Assembly: GCF_009914755.1 (NCBI RefSeq)
Contig: NC_060934.1
Length of the DNA: 64,000 nt
Reading direction: 5' to 3' (one strand)
From: the human T2T-CHM13v2.0 reference genome, Homo sapiens
The first letter of the stretch is position 1; the number at the start of each line of letters is the position of its first letter. A program made the position numbers and the translations under genes. Of the stretch, positions 1 through 15,246 are shown piece after piece. A model generated the notes under the pieces. The model was not told the origin of the DNA and searched no databases. It was given only the letters and a program-made list of their open reading frames with translations.

Positions 1-410
1 TCAAGACAAAATTTTAGGTAGAATCAAATGGTCTTAGTGAGAGTTTGAATGTGTAACAGGAGGGAGATGGAGTCAGGGATAATATCCAGGTTCTGGCTTG
101 AATATCCGAGTAGAAGGTGGCATCATTAGGATGTGGAAGACTGGAGGTGAGGCAGGATTGATGGAAAAGAACAAGTACAGCTGTAGACATCTTACATTTG
201 TGCGGCATTTAAGTAAGAATGCCTTGAAAGCATTTGGGTATTTGGATCTGAGGTTGAGAAGAGAGGATTGAGTTGGTGCTAAATATGGAGTCATAAGTAT
301 ATATTCAAAGCCATGGAAAAAAAAGTAGCACGAGAAGAGAAAAAGGATCAGGACCAAGTCTAAAGGAACTACCAAATCCAGAGGTGAACAGGAGGACAGG
401 AGCCAGCAAG
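1..410 (-). mobile_element. L2 LINE fragment (old)
   Basis: Purine-rich degenerate L2-like text (ttggatctgaggttgagaagagagg...ggagtcataagtat); boundaries approximate. Confidence 0.6.
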
Positions 411-667
411 GAAGCCCAGGCACCATGAAGATGGCTGAATTCACTTATGAAAAGTTTGGTTTGATGCTTTGATGTTAACTCAGTTGTACGTGTCATCAAT
501 TTCTTAGAGAATCGAGAGCTGAAACATATTCTGAACTGCCTTCTATTTTTATTCACTGCTTTGTATTATCTGTAGTCATCTAGTTAGACAATTCCTTTCC
601 TGAAATGCCTGTGATGGAAGCCAGGAAGCATTTATTTCTTTGTGAAGCATTTGGAAAATATAAACAT

Positions 668-1336
<669 letters not shown>

Positions 1337-2004
1337 TTTTTAATTTTATTTTAAGCCTATGTTCTAACCACATCATTTACCTGCAGGTCCTTGGATACAA
1401 TATGTACTTTTGAGTCTGAGTCTGTGCTCACGTTGTTCCTTCTGCTTAGAATGTTCTCTCTTTCCCCTTCTCTACCTAATCAAGTCCTACTTAACTTTTA
1501 AAACCCAGCTCTAGTGGCATGCTCCTCTCTGAGCCTTTTGTTGTTCTAATAAGGCGTAACTAATCACTCCTCCTAAATACACTCACAGTATCCAGCTCAT
1601 TCCATTAGTACAGATCTTTTCATGTTTTACTTCGCTAAGGTATAGACAAATATATCTGTCTCTACCATTGGACTATAAGGTTCTTAAGTGACCATGAGTT
1701 ATTCAACTTTACGTCCCTCATACAGAGAACAAATCTTGTTGAATTTACTTGCATGTAATTGGAGATGACATGGCAAAGAATAATGTGGATATACCCTGCT
1801 CAGCTTCAGATAAATGCTATGACATATGTAAACAAAATATTCAGCTGACTTTTAAACTTTACATCCAATTTTGACTTATATGGGATGTAAACTACATACA
1901 TGTACATATGCTTCAGACCTTTGAACATGCTGCTTTCTGTCTGGCATATGCCCCTATCTTCTCTCTCCCACAAGTCCACCCATCTCTCAATTTTAGTTTA
2001 CAGG

Positions 2005-2005
<1 letters not shown>

Positions 2006-2036
<31 letters not shown>

Positions 2037-2293
2037 AGACAGATTCTTGCTCTGTCGCCCAGACTAGAGTGCAGTGGTACGATCTCGGCTCACTGCAACA
2101 ACCACCTCCCAGATTCAAACGATTCTCGTGCCTCAGCCTCCCGAATAGTTGGGATTACAAGTGTGTGCCACCACGCCCATCTAATTTTTTCTATTTTTAG
2201 TAGAGATGGAGTTTCACTGTGCTGGTCAGGCTGATCTTGAACTCCTGGGCTCAAGTGATCCACCTGCCTCGGCCTCCCAAAGTAAGCCCAGCC
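2006..2293 (-). mobile_element. Alu SINE (AluJ/S)
   Basis: poly-T followed by gagacag...gcctcggcctcccaaag. Confidence 0.9.
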
Positions 2294-3961
2294 ATTTTTT
2301 TTTTAAGAGATAATATCTCAGTCTGTGACAGACTGGAGTACAATGGCGCTATCAATTTTAGTTCTAACTAAACTGTCAACAACAAAATCTTTGACTACCT
2401 TCTCTCTCTACCTCAAGATAGCTTGCTCAATTGCAATGTCACCCTGCACTCTCATTTTACAACACACATCATCTTTTAGTTTCTCAGTAAGTGTTGCTTT
2501 CTCTCTACAACTGAAAGCTCGAGGAGGCAGGGACAAAACCTGTAGTTTTTCTTTTCTTTTTTTCTTTTTTCAGCAAAGGGAGGGCTGATTTTTTAACTTT
2601 TTGAAAATAGATGAGAGTAAACAATAAAATAATAAAACCTCACATGCCATCGCTCAGCCTCAGTAACCATCAACCCATGGCCAATCCTGTCCCTACTGCA
2701 ACCCTGCCCATTCCCTACACTCACACATTATTTTGAAGTAAGTCCCAGACAACATATGATTTTATTTGTAAATATTTCAGTCTGTTTCTGAAATGACTCC
2801 TTTTTGTAACATAACCACAATGTCATTATTACACCTAAGAATGAATAATACCTCTTTAATATCATCAACTATCCAGGCAGAATTCAGATTTTTAATTATC
2901 TCTTTCAGATAATCTTTTTAATGTCTTTTCTTGAATCAGGATACAAACAAGGTTCACACATTGAGATTGGCTGGTAGTCTATTGTCTCTTTTTACCTACC
3001 GATTCACCTTCTATTTTTTCTTTTTGTTTCATCATTTATAAATATAAATACTATTTTTTTAATAGCTATGTCTCCAGTTCCTCACCCAGTCTTGGTCATA
3101 GCAGGTTTTAGATAAATATTGTATTTGATGAATAAATGAATGAATACAAGTAATGCATAACTGAGAAATCTCAGGAGATACCAAAAGAAATGTAATTTAA
3201 TAATAATCTTTGATTTCTCTGATCTCATATTTCTTCAATGTTCTCTAAATTTAAAATTTTATTTGATACATAATAAATGCATACTTTTGAGGCAGAAAGT
3301 ATTATTCTCTGAAACATTTCTAAGAAATTAATTTACCCCGGAATTGTCATAATTAGTTAATTTTAACTACTTCCCCTATATAAAATTGGTGACTTGGGCA
3401 GCAAGACAAAAAAGGTTTCTATTGTTAAGTAAGACTTATTTTTCTTCCTCAAGAAATCATCACTAGTAAGCATTGCAACCTTTACTTTGCTATTGTTAGA
3501 TGTGGCAACAACTCGTGCTGGACTCGAGAAAATTGTGCAAGCTTGAATTAAATAATTGCTTCTAAATTTGCTTATAAGGAAGTTTATTGTCTTACCAGGG
3601 ACTAACACTACAAATATGGAAATGGAGTCAAGCAGTGACTCAATGTAGATAACATAATTGGAAACTGGGAGAAAGAGTGTTCATTCAACAATAGAGAAAA
3701 ACTAAAATAAAAGTTAAACTTTACTTCATCAATGCTGGGTCCAAATTAATTAATGAAAACAGAAATAAAACTATGCTTCCTAGGATAATATTGACAGTAT
3801 TTTTAAAAGTTTATTATTTTTTAAAAAGATTATTATATGAAGAGTAAAAGTCTTTCTATCTCTCTAGCCTCCCTTATTCAGATTTTCAGAGGTAAAAGCA
3901 TTGTTTCTTATATATTCAGGCATTTTCCTATCAGAATGTCCAACATATGTATATTTATATA

Positions 3962-4308
3962 CAGTCATGCACCTCATAATTACATTTAGGTCAATGGCAG
4001 GCCACATATATGATAGTGGGTGGTCCCATAAGATTATAATTGAACTGAAAATTTCCTATCATGTAGTGACATGGTAGCTTTCATAACCTGGTAACACAGC
4101 GTATTGCTCACAGGATTATAGTGATGCGATGCAGACAAACCTACTGCACTGTCAGCTATGTAAAAGTATAGCACATACAATTATGTACAGTACATAATAA
4201 TAAGTGACTATGTTACTAGTTTATGTATTTACTATACTATACTTTTTATCATTATTCTAGAGTGTACTCCTTCTACTTATTAAAAAAAAGTTAACTGTAA
4301 AACAACGC
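3962..4308 (+). mobile_element. Tigger3-like TcMar DNA transposon, left end only
   Basis: Preceded by TA; cagtcatgc...ggtggtcccataagattataat; breaks off at aaaagttaactgtaaaaca. Confidence 0.75.
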
Positions 4309-4359
4309 CATGAAGAGTAATATATTCTAGATACACTTCTGTACTTGCCTTTCACACAG

Positions 4360-5830
4360 TTGATCATGTTGTTCAAATTGTCTAGATTTGGGCATTAGTA
4401 GCTCCTTTAAGTTGGCTCCTATGTCTTGTAGACTTGGCCCCCATTATTTTGTGAACATGTCTTTACTTTCTGGCACTTTAAATGGTCTAAGCTCATCTTG
4501 CATTCCTCCTGCTCTAGTCTGGACTCAGTCATTTCCCCAAGGAGCTCTGGTTCCTTTCATCGAGAATGGTATTTAGAAACCAAGATCTGGAAACTAGTGC
4601 TCATTGCTACTGGGATCTCACTGCATGTATATCCATGAGTTCACACTGATATTCCTGCTCTGATTTCAATCTGGAGTTTGTGCTACTTCACAATTTCTCT
4701 ATTTTAACTCTTATCTGACAGAAAACTGGCTCTCGATATCCACAGTGTATTTCTTAATTACTCAATCCTAGTATATACATAAAGTAGTTTCAGAAATACT
4801 AACCCATACCCTATGAAAAACAAATTTACTAAAGTACAATATTTTCATACAGTTCTTTCTGTTTTTAGCCTTCTAGTATATGGTTAAAATAATGTTCTCC
4901 AGGTTATGTTAGATAATTCTTTTATTTTTTATCCCATTTAGTATAATTATGTCATTTATTTGTAATACAGTTGGGCTTATTTGTTACTGCTTATATTCCA
5001 TTTTGGGTCTTCCCTTCCCCAACATCCTGGTTAATTTTAATTATTTATTTTTTGGGGGGGTGAAACATTACCATATTTATAGGAATTAGAGCTATGCATA
5101 TAGGAATACTCTGAGTGTGTCACATCTCTCTAATCATTTCTACCCTTTTTATTCCCCAATTTTTCCACACTGATCCTACTTAACCTCTGTAGGTGACGAA
5201 TCTCATTTGTCTCTAGTTTAACTTTCCAGTATGTTTTTCCTCATATATGTGGATATATGTATATTTTCTTATATATACTTCTTTCTTACATGAAGAGTAG
5301 TATACTCTAGATATTCTTCTGTACTTTGCTTTCCACATGAAAATATACCTTGGAAATCTCTGAATATGAATCCATAGAGCTCTTCCTCATTTATTTTATA
5401 GCTGCATAGTGCTCTCCTGTGTGAATTATTAGAGTTTATTTAAAAACCACTGTTCTATATATGAGTATTTGTTTCTTAAATTTAGCAATTATATATAATC
5501 TTACAATGAATAAACTTGTACATATGTTTTTCATATTGTTGGATATGTATCTTCAGGGTAGATTTTATAAGTGAGATTATAGGGCTCCTTATGTAGTTAT
5601 ATTAGGTATTGCCAAGTTTCCCTTGAGAAGGGTTGTAGCAGTTTGTATTCCTTAACAGCAATGAAAAGAGTGATTATTTTCCTAAGATCTGGCTAACAAA
5701 ATGTGTTGTCATATTTTAATTTATTACATTTTATTAGTTAAAATTTTAATTTTTACCCATCTGATAGGTGAGAAATAATAGCTTAGCATTTTTTTAATCT
5801 GCATTTTTCTAGTTATGAACTTGCACTTTA
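4360..5830 (-). mobile_element. Old L1M LINE fragment
   Basis: Antisense L1M motifs (ttccccaaggagctctggttcctttc...gaaaccaagatctgg; tgataggtgagaaataata); a further piece at about 7070-7340. Confidence 0.65.
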
Positions 5831-5849
5831 CAGGTATATATATGTATTT

Positions 5850-6539
5850 TTCTTTTTAAAAAATTGTATTTTAAGTTCTGGGGTACATGTGCAGGACATG
5901 CAGGTTTATTACGTAGGTAAATGTGTGCCACGGTGGTTTGCTGCACCTACTAACCCGTCACCTAGGTATCAAGCCCTGCATGCATTAGCTATTTATCCTG
6001 ATGCTCTCCCTCTTCCCAACCCGCTGACAGGCCCGAGTGTGTGTTATTTCCCTCCCTGTGTCCATGTGTTCTCAATGTTCAGCTCACACTTATGAGTGAG
6101 AAACATGAGGTGCTTGGTTTTCTGTTCCTGTGTTAGTTTGCTGAGGATGATGGCTTCCAGCTTCATCTGTGTCCCTGCAAAGGACATGATCTCATTCCTT
6201 TTTATGGTTGCATAATATTCCATGGTGTATATGTACCACATTTTCTTTATCCAGTCTACCATTGATGGACATTTGGGTTGATTCCATGTCCTTCCTCCTG
6301 TGAATAGTGCTGCAGTAAACATACACATGCATGTATCTTTATAATAGAATGATTTATATTCCTTTTGGTATATACACAGTAATGGGATTGCTGGGTCAAA
6401 TGGTATTTCTGGTTCTAGATCCTTGAGGAATCACCACACTGTCTTCCACAATGCTTGTACTAATTTACATTCCCACCAACAGTGTAAAAGCATTCCTTTT
6501 TCTCCACAGCCTCGCCAGCATCTATTGTTTCTTGACTTT
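5850..6539 (-). mobile_element. L1PA (about PA8-10) 3' fragment
   Basis: ORF2 C-terminal translation WNQPKCPSMVDWIKKMW; typical L1PA 3'UTR. Confidence 0.9.
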
Positions 6540-6594
6540 GAAAAGTGATTATATGTATATTTACGGATCACTTTTTCAACAGCCTTGTTAAGGT

Positions 6595-7027
6595 TGTGGA
6601 GACAAAAACCACCCCATTTTGGATGCTAATCCACCATGTTGACTTCTGATTAGACCCAGTCCCATGAATAACTTCTGGTTTCTACTTTATTTACTGTCCC
6701 TAGTATAAGATCAAAACAACCCTGATGTTATCACACAAATTATAGGCTAGGACACACATAGCATTTTCGCCTGTTCTGGAGGGTTGCCTTTAATCGTTTT
6801 GCTGGAGCATGTGTACCCTTTCCATACGGTACACAAACCTTGGGTCTGGGAAATAACAGTGTGGAGATCTACCTGTCTTGCAGTCATCCAAGATCACACT
6901 TCTGTCCATAAGTTCCTCAATAAATCATCCATTACTGACGAACTGGATTTGTTCACTTCCTTCTTTGGTTTCTGGGCTTCTTCAGCATTTGGGAATAGCT
7001 TTGTGTGCACAGCTTTTTCACAGAACA
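6595..7027 (+). mobile_element. Solo LTR (LTR47-like, ERVL class)
   Basis: TG...CA ends, aataaa near 6919, 5-bp TSD aaggt/aagat; family from recall. Confidence 0.7.
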
Positions 7028-7346
7028 AAGATATGACCTACTTTCTGTTTCTATAGAGTTGTTAAAGCCATTTGTGTGTCTCTGTGTGTGTGTGTGAATT
7101 GTCTATTGATGCCCTTTTCCCATTTTTTCTAATGGGTGCTTGGTGCCTGATCTCTTAATTTCTAACAATTATTTACATATTAGGAATATTAGCCCTTTTC
7201 CTGTAATATATGTTGAAAGCATGTTTTTAACCTGGTTGTCAGTTGTCTTTTGACTTTGTTTATGATATTTACCATGCAGTTTATTTTTATGTTACTAGAT
7301 TCATCAGTCTTTTATAAATGGCTTTTAGATTTAGATTTATAACCAT

Positions 7347-8177
7347 TGCCAACTGCTGGCTCCTCCAGAAACCACCAAAATGGTTTACTGATGAACAAAA
7401 ACCAAGTTTATTGCTCACTGCAGTAAGGAAGATGACTGTCTTCACATAATCTTAGTAGCCTCAGAAAAGGGAGTCAAGGGTGGGATATTTGTAAGGTTTG
7501 GGGAGTCTGGTTCTAAGGTATGTCTTTCAATATGAGGTGTGCAGTCCTGACTGGGATAGGGTAAAGTTTGGATTGCTGGATACAGTGAGGCAAGACCTAT
7601 AAAGCCAGCCTTGAAAGGTAAACAGTCACTTGAAAACCCAGTTGAGTGATCTACTGTTCTGAAAAGAAGGCTGTTTAGCCCGATGAGGCTGTATGAGTAC
7701 AGATACATAGATCGGAAAGTTTCCAAGACAAAAAAGTAATTTGCAACTTTACTTTCTTAGGCAAGGATTTCTTGGAATAGTAAAGTCATCTTAGTGCAGA
7801 CAGTTCCTAATCTTTTTATTTTTTATTTTTAGAGACATAGTCTCTCTCCATCCATTAGGTTGGAATTCAGTGTTGTGATCATAACTCACTGAAATCATAA
7901 GCTGGAATGCCTGGGCCCAAGTGATCCTTCCACCCCAACCTCCCAAGTAGCTAGGGCTACAAGCACATGCCACCATGCCCAGCTAATTTTTAATCTTCTT
8001 ATATAGAGACAGATTCTTGTTATGTTGGCAAGACTGGTTTTGAACTCCTGGTCTCAAGTAATCTTCCTGCCTTGGCCTCCCAAAGTGCTAGGATTACAGG
8101 TATGAGCCACTATGCCCAACCAAACAGTTCCTAATCTTTTTAAGCTGTGTGGCTTCAGGTTGCTTTTGTTCTCAACA
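7347..8177 (-). mobile_element. Old ERV LTR (family unresolved), interrupted by an Alu
   Basis: TG...CA ends, reverse polyA signal tttatt near 7407. Confidence 0.5.
7812..8121 (-). mobile_element. AluJ-type SINE
   Basis: Reverse Alu, TSD acagttcctaatctttt at 7800 and 8124. Confidence 0.9.
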
Positions 8178-8186
8178 TATCCTCTA

Positions 8187-8542
<356 letters not shown>

Positions 8543-8918
8543 TCATCTTTTTCTATTTTGATGTGTAAATTCTAGTTCTATGTTCTTTTAGTTTTCTGCA
8601 AAAGAGTACATGGGGATATATTTATAAATGCATGCATATTCAAAAATTTTCTTCTGCCCTTACATGTAAATGATAATGTGAATTTCATTTATGATTTTTG
8701 AATCATATTTTTGTACAATATTTTCATACAGTTCTTTATGTTGAAGGGGTTCCTGTAGCAGCCTGCATTTTCTTCTGCAGTACTTACCACAATCAGAAGT
8801 TACGCTCCATCAAGGCAGTGATTATCAGGTTTATACACTGCTATATTCCCAATGCCTAGAAAAATGCCTGACATATGATAATACCTCAGTAAACATTTGT
8901 CAATAAATAAGTGAATGA

Positions 8919-9304
<386 letters not shown>

Positions 9305-9449
9305 CTACATTGTTTGCCTCTTGTGTTTCATACACAGTATCTGCCTCATAAAGATGTTGCATACATTTTTGTAAGCTAGTATAGGTTTGCATAAGTGAAA
9401 TTCAGTAAAATGCATTCCGGTAAGACTCAAGTAGAAACTAATTATATAT

Positions 9450-9760
9450 TCTTCTTCCTTCCTTTCCTTTTCCTTTTCCTTTTCTTTGTCTTACTCTTTC
9501 TGTTACCCAGGCTGGAGTGCAGTGGCCTGATCACAGCTCACTGCAGCCTTGACTCAGGTAATTTTTCCACCTCAGCTTTCTGAGTAGCTGGGACTACAGG
9601 CACACACCACCATACCTGGCTCATTTTTATACTTTTTGTACAAAAATACAAGGTTTTGCCATATTGCCCAGTCTGGTCTTGAACTCCTGAGCTCAAGTGA
9701 TCCACCTGCCTTGGCCTCCAAAAGTGCTAGGACTACAGATGTGAGCCACTGTGCCCAGCC
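9450..9760 (-). mobile_element. AluJ-type SINE
   Basis: Reverse Alu with CT-rich tail; TSD-like taattatatattctt/taattacatattctt. Confidence 0.9.
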
Positions 9761-11124
9761 TAATTACATATTCTTATTTCAAGACCTCTTTGAAGATAAA
9801 ACTTTAGTGCTAAATAATCATTCAGTATCATATCCTCTCAGCTTCTAGGACCAAATATTTGGCTTATCTCAACAACATGTATTCAGAATGCCCAATTCAA
9901 TCTTGTCTTTGCAGAAAAAATCATTTTCTCTTATACACGATCCCAAAATATGCAAGAAAATATACATATTTTTCTCTTCTCCCCCTTGTTTCATAAACTG
10001 GTGTTGAGTTTTTAATTTTTATTGATGGTTTGGAATTTATAATGAAAATGAAAATGCTGATGAGGTCTTTGGCTGTAGTAACAAGAAGTATTACAGATGA
10101 CTCAGAGAATAAAGCTGCCTCACATTACATTAAAACTCATCTCTTGGAAAATGGTGTAAATGGTTGACTGGAGATGAAGGTAATTTATCAATTTATGTGG
10201 TTGAGGCATATTACATGATCTTAACTTTCATAAAATTAAATCTGAATATATAACAATTTAAAATACCTTAATGCTAAGCCTTATCATTTGGCGAAGCCCC
10301 TTTTATCAAATTGAAACTCTAAAATTACCTACCATCATTTATCCCAATGGTATAACATGTCAATGGCTTACAATGTATCATTTATTTTCATAATCCATCC
10401 TTCATGAAAAATATTACCTAAAGTGTTTACCATAAAAGTGAGTGAAACCTAAGGCAAAGAAAAATAACAAAAATAGAATTAAAGAGAAATGACTCAGAGG
10501 ATGGAAGACATTGATTTAGGAAGAATGAATGAAGGAGTTATAGGAGGATCCTATAATGTTAAGTTGTTACATCTTGCTAAAGGCCAAGCTCATTCTGCAT
10601 ATGTGAAGAGTTGATTGCATTATTTACATAGATGTATCCTGGGATTTGAACAAAGTTGTAAGTCAGTATAGAGGAAGTTGGGCATTCCAGGGTGAGCCTA
10701 TTAGCGTACTCCAGAGTAGAAATATTGGAATGGTCTCATACAGAAGAGAGAGAATATAGGATAATTCGTCATTGATGACTTCCTCTGAATTAGGATATAT
10801 TTATAATACTGTTTTTAAACCAGATAAAACTAGAGAAAATCTCAAGTAATTAGTCAATTTATTGTATTCCCCATCTTTCTTCTCTGAAACATTCCCTAGG
10901 TATACAGTAGTGCAAATATAAATTTCAAAAGAGAGAGGTGCTACAGACCCTCTTTGCAATCTGTATGTGTATCCAATCCTCTTGTCTTCTTCTTCATTCT
11001 GTTTCAAGAGGATAACACTTTAAAAATGTCTTTTGAATTCCTGATCGCCTTACCATTCCATTTCCACTGCCTTGTCACCTTTCACAAAGAGTACTGAGGT
11101 AGCTTCTTTAAAAAATATGTATAG

Positions 11125-11858
11125 TTTCAACTTTTATTTTAGAATCAGTGGGTACATGTGCAGGTTTATTACATGGGTATGTTTCATGAAGTTGAGTCCG
11201 TTACCCAGGTAGTGAGAAAAATACACAATAGTTGGTTTTTCAACCCTTGCCCCCTTCTTCTCTCCTCCCTCTAGTATTTGCCAGGATCTATTTTTCCCAT
11301 CTTTATGTCCATGTGTACCCAATGTTTAGCTCCCACTTATAAGTGAGAACATGCAGTATTTGATTTTCCATTTCTGTGTTAATTCACTTAGGATAATGGC
11401 CTCCAGTTGCATCCATGTTGCCACAAAGGACATAATGTCATTCTTTTTTATGGCTACATAGTATTCCATGGCGTATATGTACCACATTTTCTTTATCCAA
11501 TCCACCATTGATGGACACCTAGGTTGATTCCACGTTTTTGCTATTGTGAATAGTGCTGTGATTAGCATACAAGTGCATGTCTCTTTTGTGTAAAATTATT
11601 TATTGTCCTTTGGGTATATACCCAGTAATGAGATTGCTGGGTCAAATGGTAGTTCTATTTTAAATTCTTTGAGAAATCTCCAAATTGCTTTCCACAGTGG
11701 CTGAACTAGTTTACATTCCTACAAACAGTATATAAGTATTCCCTTTTCTCTGCAGCCTTGCCAACATCTGTTATTTTTTGACTTTGTAATAATAGCCATT
11801 CTGATTGGTGTGAGATGGCATCTTATTGTGGTTTTGATTTGCATTTCTTTGATGTTGA
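11125..11858 (-). mobile_element. L1PA15/16-like 3' fragment
   Basis: ORF2 C-terminus TWNQPRCPSMVDWIKKMW on minus strand. Confidence 0.88.
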
Positions 11859-11943
11859 TATAATCACCAAAAACGTAAACATTTAAGTTGCTATTGGTTA
11901 CATGTTACATTTTCTGTTGTTTTTATTGTTGTGTAGTTCCTCC

Positions 11944-14900
11944 TGAGCTGGTTCGGCTCTGTGTCCCCACCCAAGTCTCTCACCTTGAATTGTAATAATC
12001 CCCTTGTGTTCTTGGAGGAACCCAGTGGGAGGTAATTGAATCATGGGGAGGGGGTTTCTTCCCATGCTGTTCTCATGATAGTGAGTAAGTCTCATGAGAT
12101 CTGATGGTTTTATAAAGGGGAGTTCTCCTACACATGCCCTCTTGCCTGCTGCCATGTAAGATGTGGTTTTTGCCTTACACCATGACTGCGAGGCCTCCCC
12201 AGCCATGTGGAACTGTGAATCAATTAAACCTCTTTTCTTTACACATTACCCAGTCTCGGGTATGTCTTCATTAGCAACATGGGAACAGATTAATACAGTA
12301 AATTGGTACTGGGTAGTGGAGTGCTGCTGTAAAGACATCAGAAAATGTGGAAGCTACTTTGGAACTGGGTAACAGGCAGAGGTTGGAATGGCTTCGAGGA
12401 CTCAGAAGAAGACAGAAAAGTATGGGAAAGTTTGGAACTTGCTAGAGGCTTGTTGATGGCTTTGACCAAAATGCTGAAGTGATATGGACAATAAAGTACA
12501 GGCTGAGGTGGTCTCAGATGGAGATGAGGGGTTTGTTAGGAATTGAAGCAAAGGTGACTCTTGTTATGCTTTAGCAAGGAGACTGGTGGCATTTTGCCCC
12601 TGCCCTAGAGATTTGTGGAACTTTGAACTTGAGAGAGATGATTTAGGGCATCTGGTGGAAGAAAGTTCTAAGCAGCAAAGCATTCAAGAGGTGGCCTGGG
12701 TGCTGTTAAAAGCATTCAGTTTTATTTATTCACAAAGATATGGCTTGGAATTGTAAGTTATGTTTAAAAGGAAAGCAGGGCATAAAAGTTTGGAAAATTT
12801 GCAGCTTGATGATGTGATAGAAAAGAAAAACTCATTTTCTGAGGAGAAATTCAAGCCAGCTGCAGAAATGTGCATGTAACAAGGAGCCAAATGTTAATAC
12901 CCAAGACAATGGGGAAAAGTCTCTAGGGCATGTCAGAGACCTTCCTGGAAGCCTCTCCCATCACAGGACTGGAGACCTAGGAGGAAAAAATGGTTTCCTG
13001 GGCCAGGTCCAGGGCCCCATTGCTGTGAGGAACCTAGGGACTTGGTGTCCTACATCCTAGCTGCTCCAGCCATGGCTAAAAGGGGCCAAGGTAGAGCTCG
13101 GGTTGTGGTTTCAGAGGGTGCAGCTTGGCAGCTTCCACATGGTGTTGAGCCTGTGGGTGCACAGAAGTCAAGAACCAAGGTTTGGAAACCTCTGTCTCAA
13201 TTTCATTGGATGTATGGAAATGCCTGAATGTCCAAGAAGAAGTTTGCTGTAGGGGCAGGGCCTTCATGGAGAACCTCTGCTATGGCAGTGCAGAAGGGGA
13301 ATGTGGAGTTGGAGCCTGCACACTGAGTCCCCAATGGGGTGCTGCCTAGTGGAGCTGTGAGAAGAGGGGCACTGTTCTCCAGACCCCAGAATGGTAGATA
13401 CACTAACAGCTTGCACTGTACACCTAGAAAAGACACTCAATGCCAGCCCATGAAAGCAGCCAGGAGAGGGGCTGTACCCTGCAAAGCCAAAGGGGTGGAG
13501 CTGCCCAAGGCTATGGGCGCCCAGTTCTTGCATCAGGATGTGAGACATGGAGTCAAAGAAGATCATTTCAGAGCGTTAAGATTTGGCTGCCCCGCTGGAT
13601 TTTGGACTTGCATAGGCCCTGTAACCTCTTTGTTTTGGCCAATTTCTCCCATGTGGTATGGGTATATTTATGCAATGCCTATACCCCCATTATATCTAGG
13701 ATGTAACTAATTTGCTTTTGATTTTACAGACTCATAAGTGGAAGGGACTTGCCTTGTTTCAGATGAAATTTTGGGCTTGGACTTTTGGGTTGATGCTGAA
13801 ATGAGTTCAGTTTTTTGAGGATTGTTGAAAGCGCATGATTGTGTTTTTGAAATGTGAGGACATGAGTTTTGAGAGGGGCCAGGGGTGGAATGATTGTAGG
13901 GAAAAGAAAGAGAGATCAGACTGTTCCCATGTCTATGTAGAAAAGGAAGACATAAGAAACTCATTTTGATCTGTACCCTGAACAATTGTTTTGCCTTGAG
14001 ATGCTGTTAATCTGTAACTTTACCCCCAAGCCTGTGCTCACAGAAACATGTGTTGTATGGAATCAAGGTTTAAGGGATCTAGGGCTGTGCAGAATGTACC
14101 TTGTTAACAATATGTTTACAGGCAGTATGCTGGTAAAAGTCATTGCCATTCTCCATTCTCGATTAACCAGGGGCACAATGCACTGCGGAAAGCCTCAGGG
14201 GCCTCTGCCCAAGAAAGCCTGGGTATTGTCCAAGGTTTCCCCCAACTGAGGCAGCCTGAGATACGGCCTCGTGGGAAGGGAAAGACCTGAATTTCCCCCA
14301 GCCTGACACCCATAAAGTGTCTGTGCTGAGGAAGATTAGTAAAAGAGGAAGGCCTCTTGTGGTTGAGATAAGAGGAAGGCCTCTGTCTCCTGCATGCCCC
14401 TGGGAATGGAATGTCTCAGTGTAAAACCCAATCATACATTCATTCTATTCTGAGATAGGAGAAAACCGCCCTGTGGCTGGAGGTGAAATATGCTGGCGGC
14501 AATGCTGCTCTGTTACTCTTTACTACACCGAGATGTTTGGGTGGAGAGAAGCATAAATCTGGCCTACATGCACATCCAGGCATAGTACCTTCCCTTGAAC
14601 TTATTTGTGACACAGTTTCCTTTGCTCACATGTTTTCCTGCTGACCTTCTCCCCACTATCACCCCGTTCTCCTGCCACATTCTCCTTGCTGTGATAATGA
14701 AAATAGTAATCAATAAATACTAAGGGAACTCAGAGACCGGTGCCGATGCAGGTCCTCTGTATGTGGAGCGCTGGTCTCCTTGGCCCACTGTTCTTTTGCT
14801 ATACTTTGTCTCTGTGTTTTATCTATTTTCTCAGTCTCCCCATCCCACCTGATGAGAAATACCCACAGCTGTGGAGGGGCTGGCCCCCTTCAGAGGATAT

Positions 14901-15246
14901 GGTTTGGCTCTGTATGCCCACCCAAGTCTCACCTTGAATTATAATAATCCCCACGTGGGATCAATTGTGGGACCAGGTGGAGGTAATTGAATCATGAGGG
15001 TGTGTTCTTTCCATGCTGTTCTTATGATAGTGAATAAGTCTTACAAGTTCTGATGGTTTTATAAAGGGGAGTTCCCCTACACAGGACGTCTTGCCTGCCA
15101 CCATGTAAGACGTGCCTTTAGCCTTCCACCATGATTGTGAGGCCTCCCCAGCCATGTGGAACTGTGAGTCAATTAAACCTCTTTCCTTTATACATTACCT
15201 AGTCTCAGGTATGTCTTCATTAGCAGTGTAAGAACAGACTAATATG
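11944..15246 (+). mobile_element. Complete THE1 (C/D-like) MaLR element: 5' LTR 11944-12297, internal 12298-13890, 3' LTR 13891-13894 plus 14899-15246
   Basis: Two similar LTRs sharing private variants (cccaagtctc, acattacc); internal region of about 1.6 kb ending in the PPT gagaggggccaggggtggaa. Confidence 0.92.
13895..14892 (+). mobile_element. HERV-K(HML-2) solo LTR (LTR5B/5A-like), 998 bp
   Basis: tgtagggaaaagaaagagagatcagactgtt...ggggctggcccccttca; aataaa at 14712; imperfect 6-bp TSD aatgat/gaggat. Confidence 0.92.
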
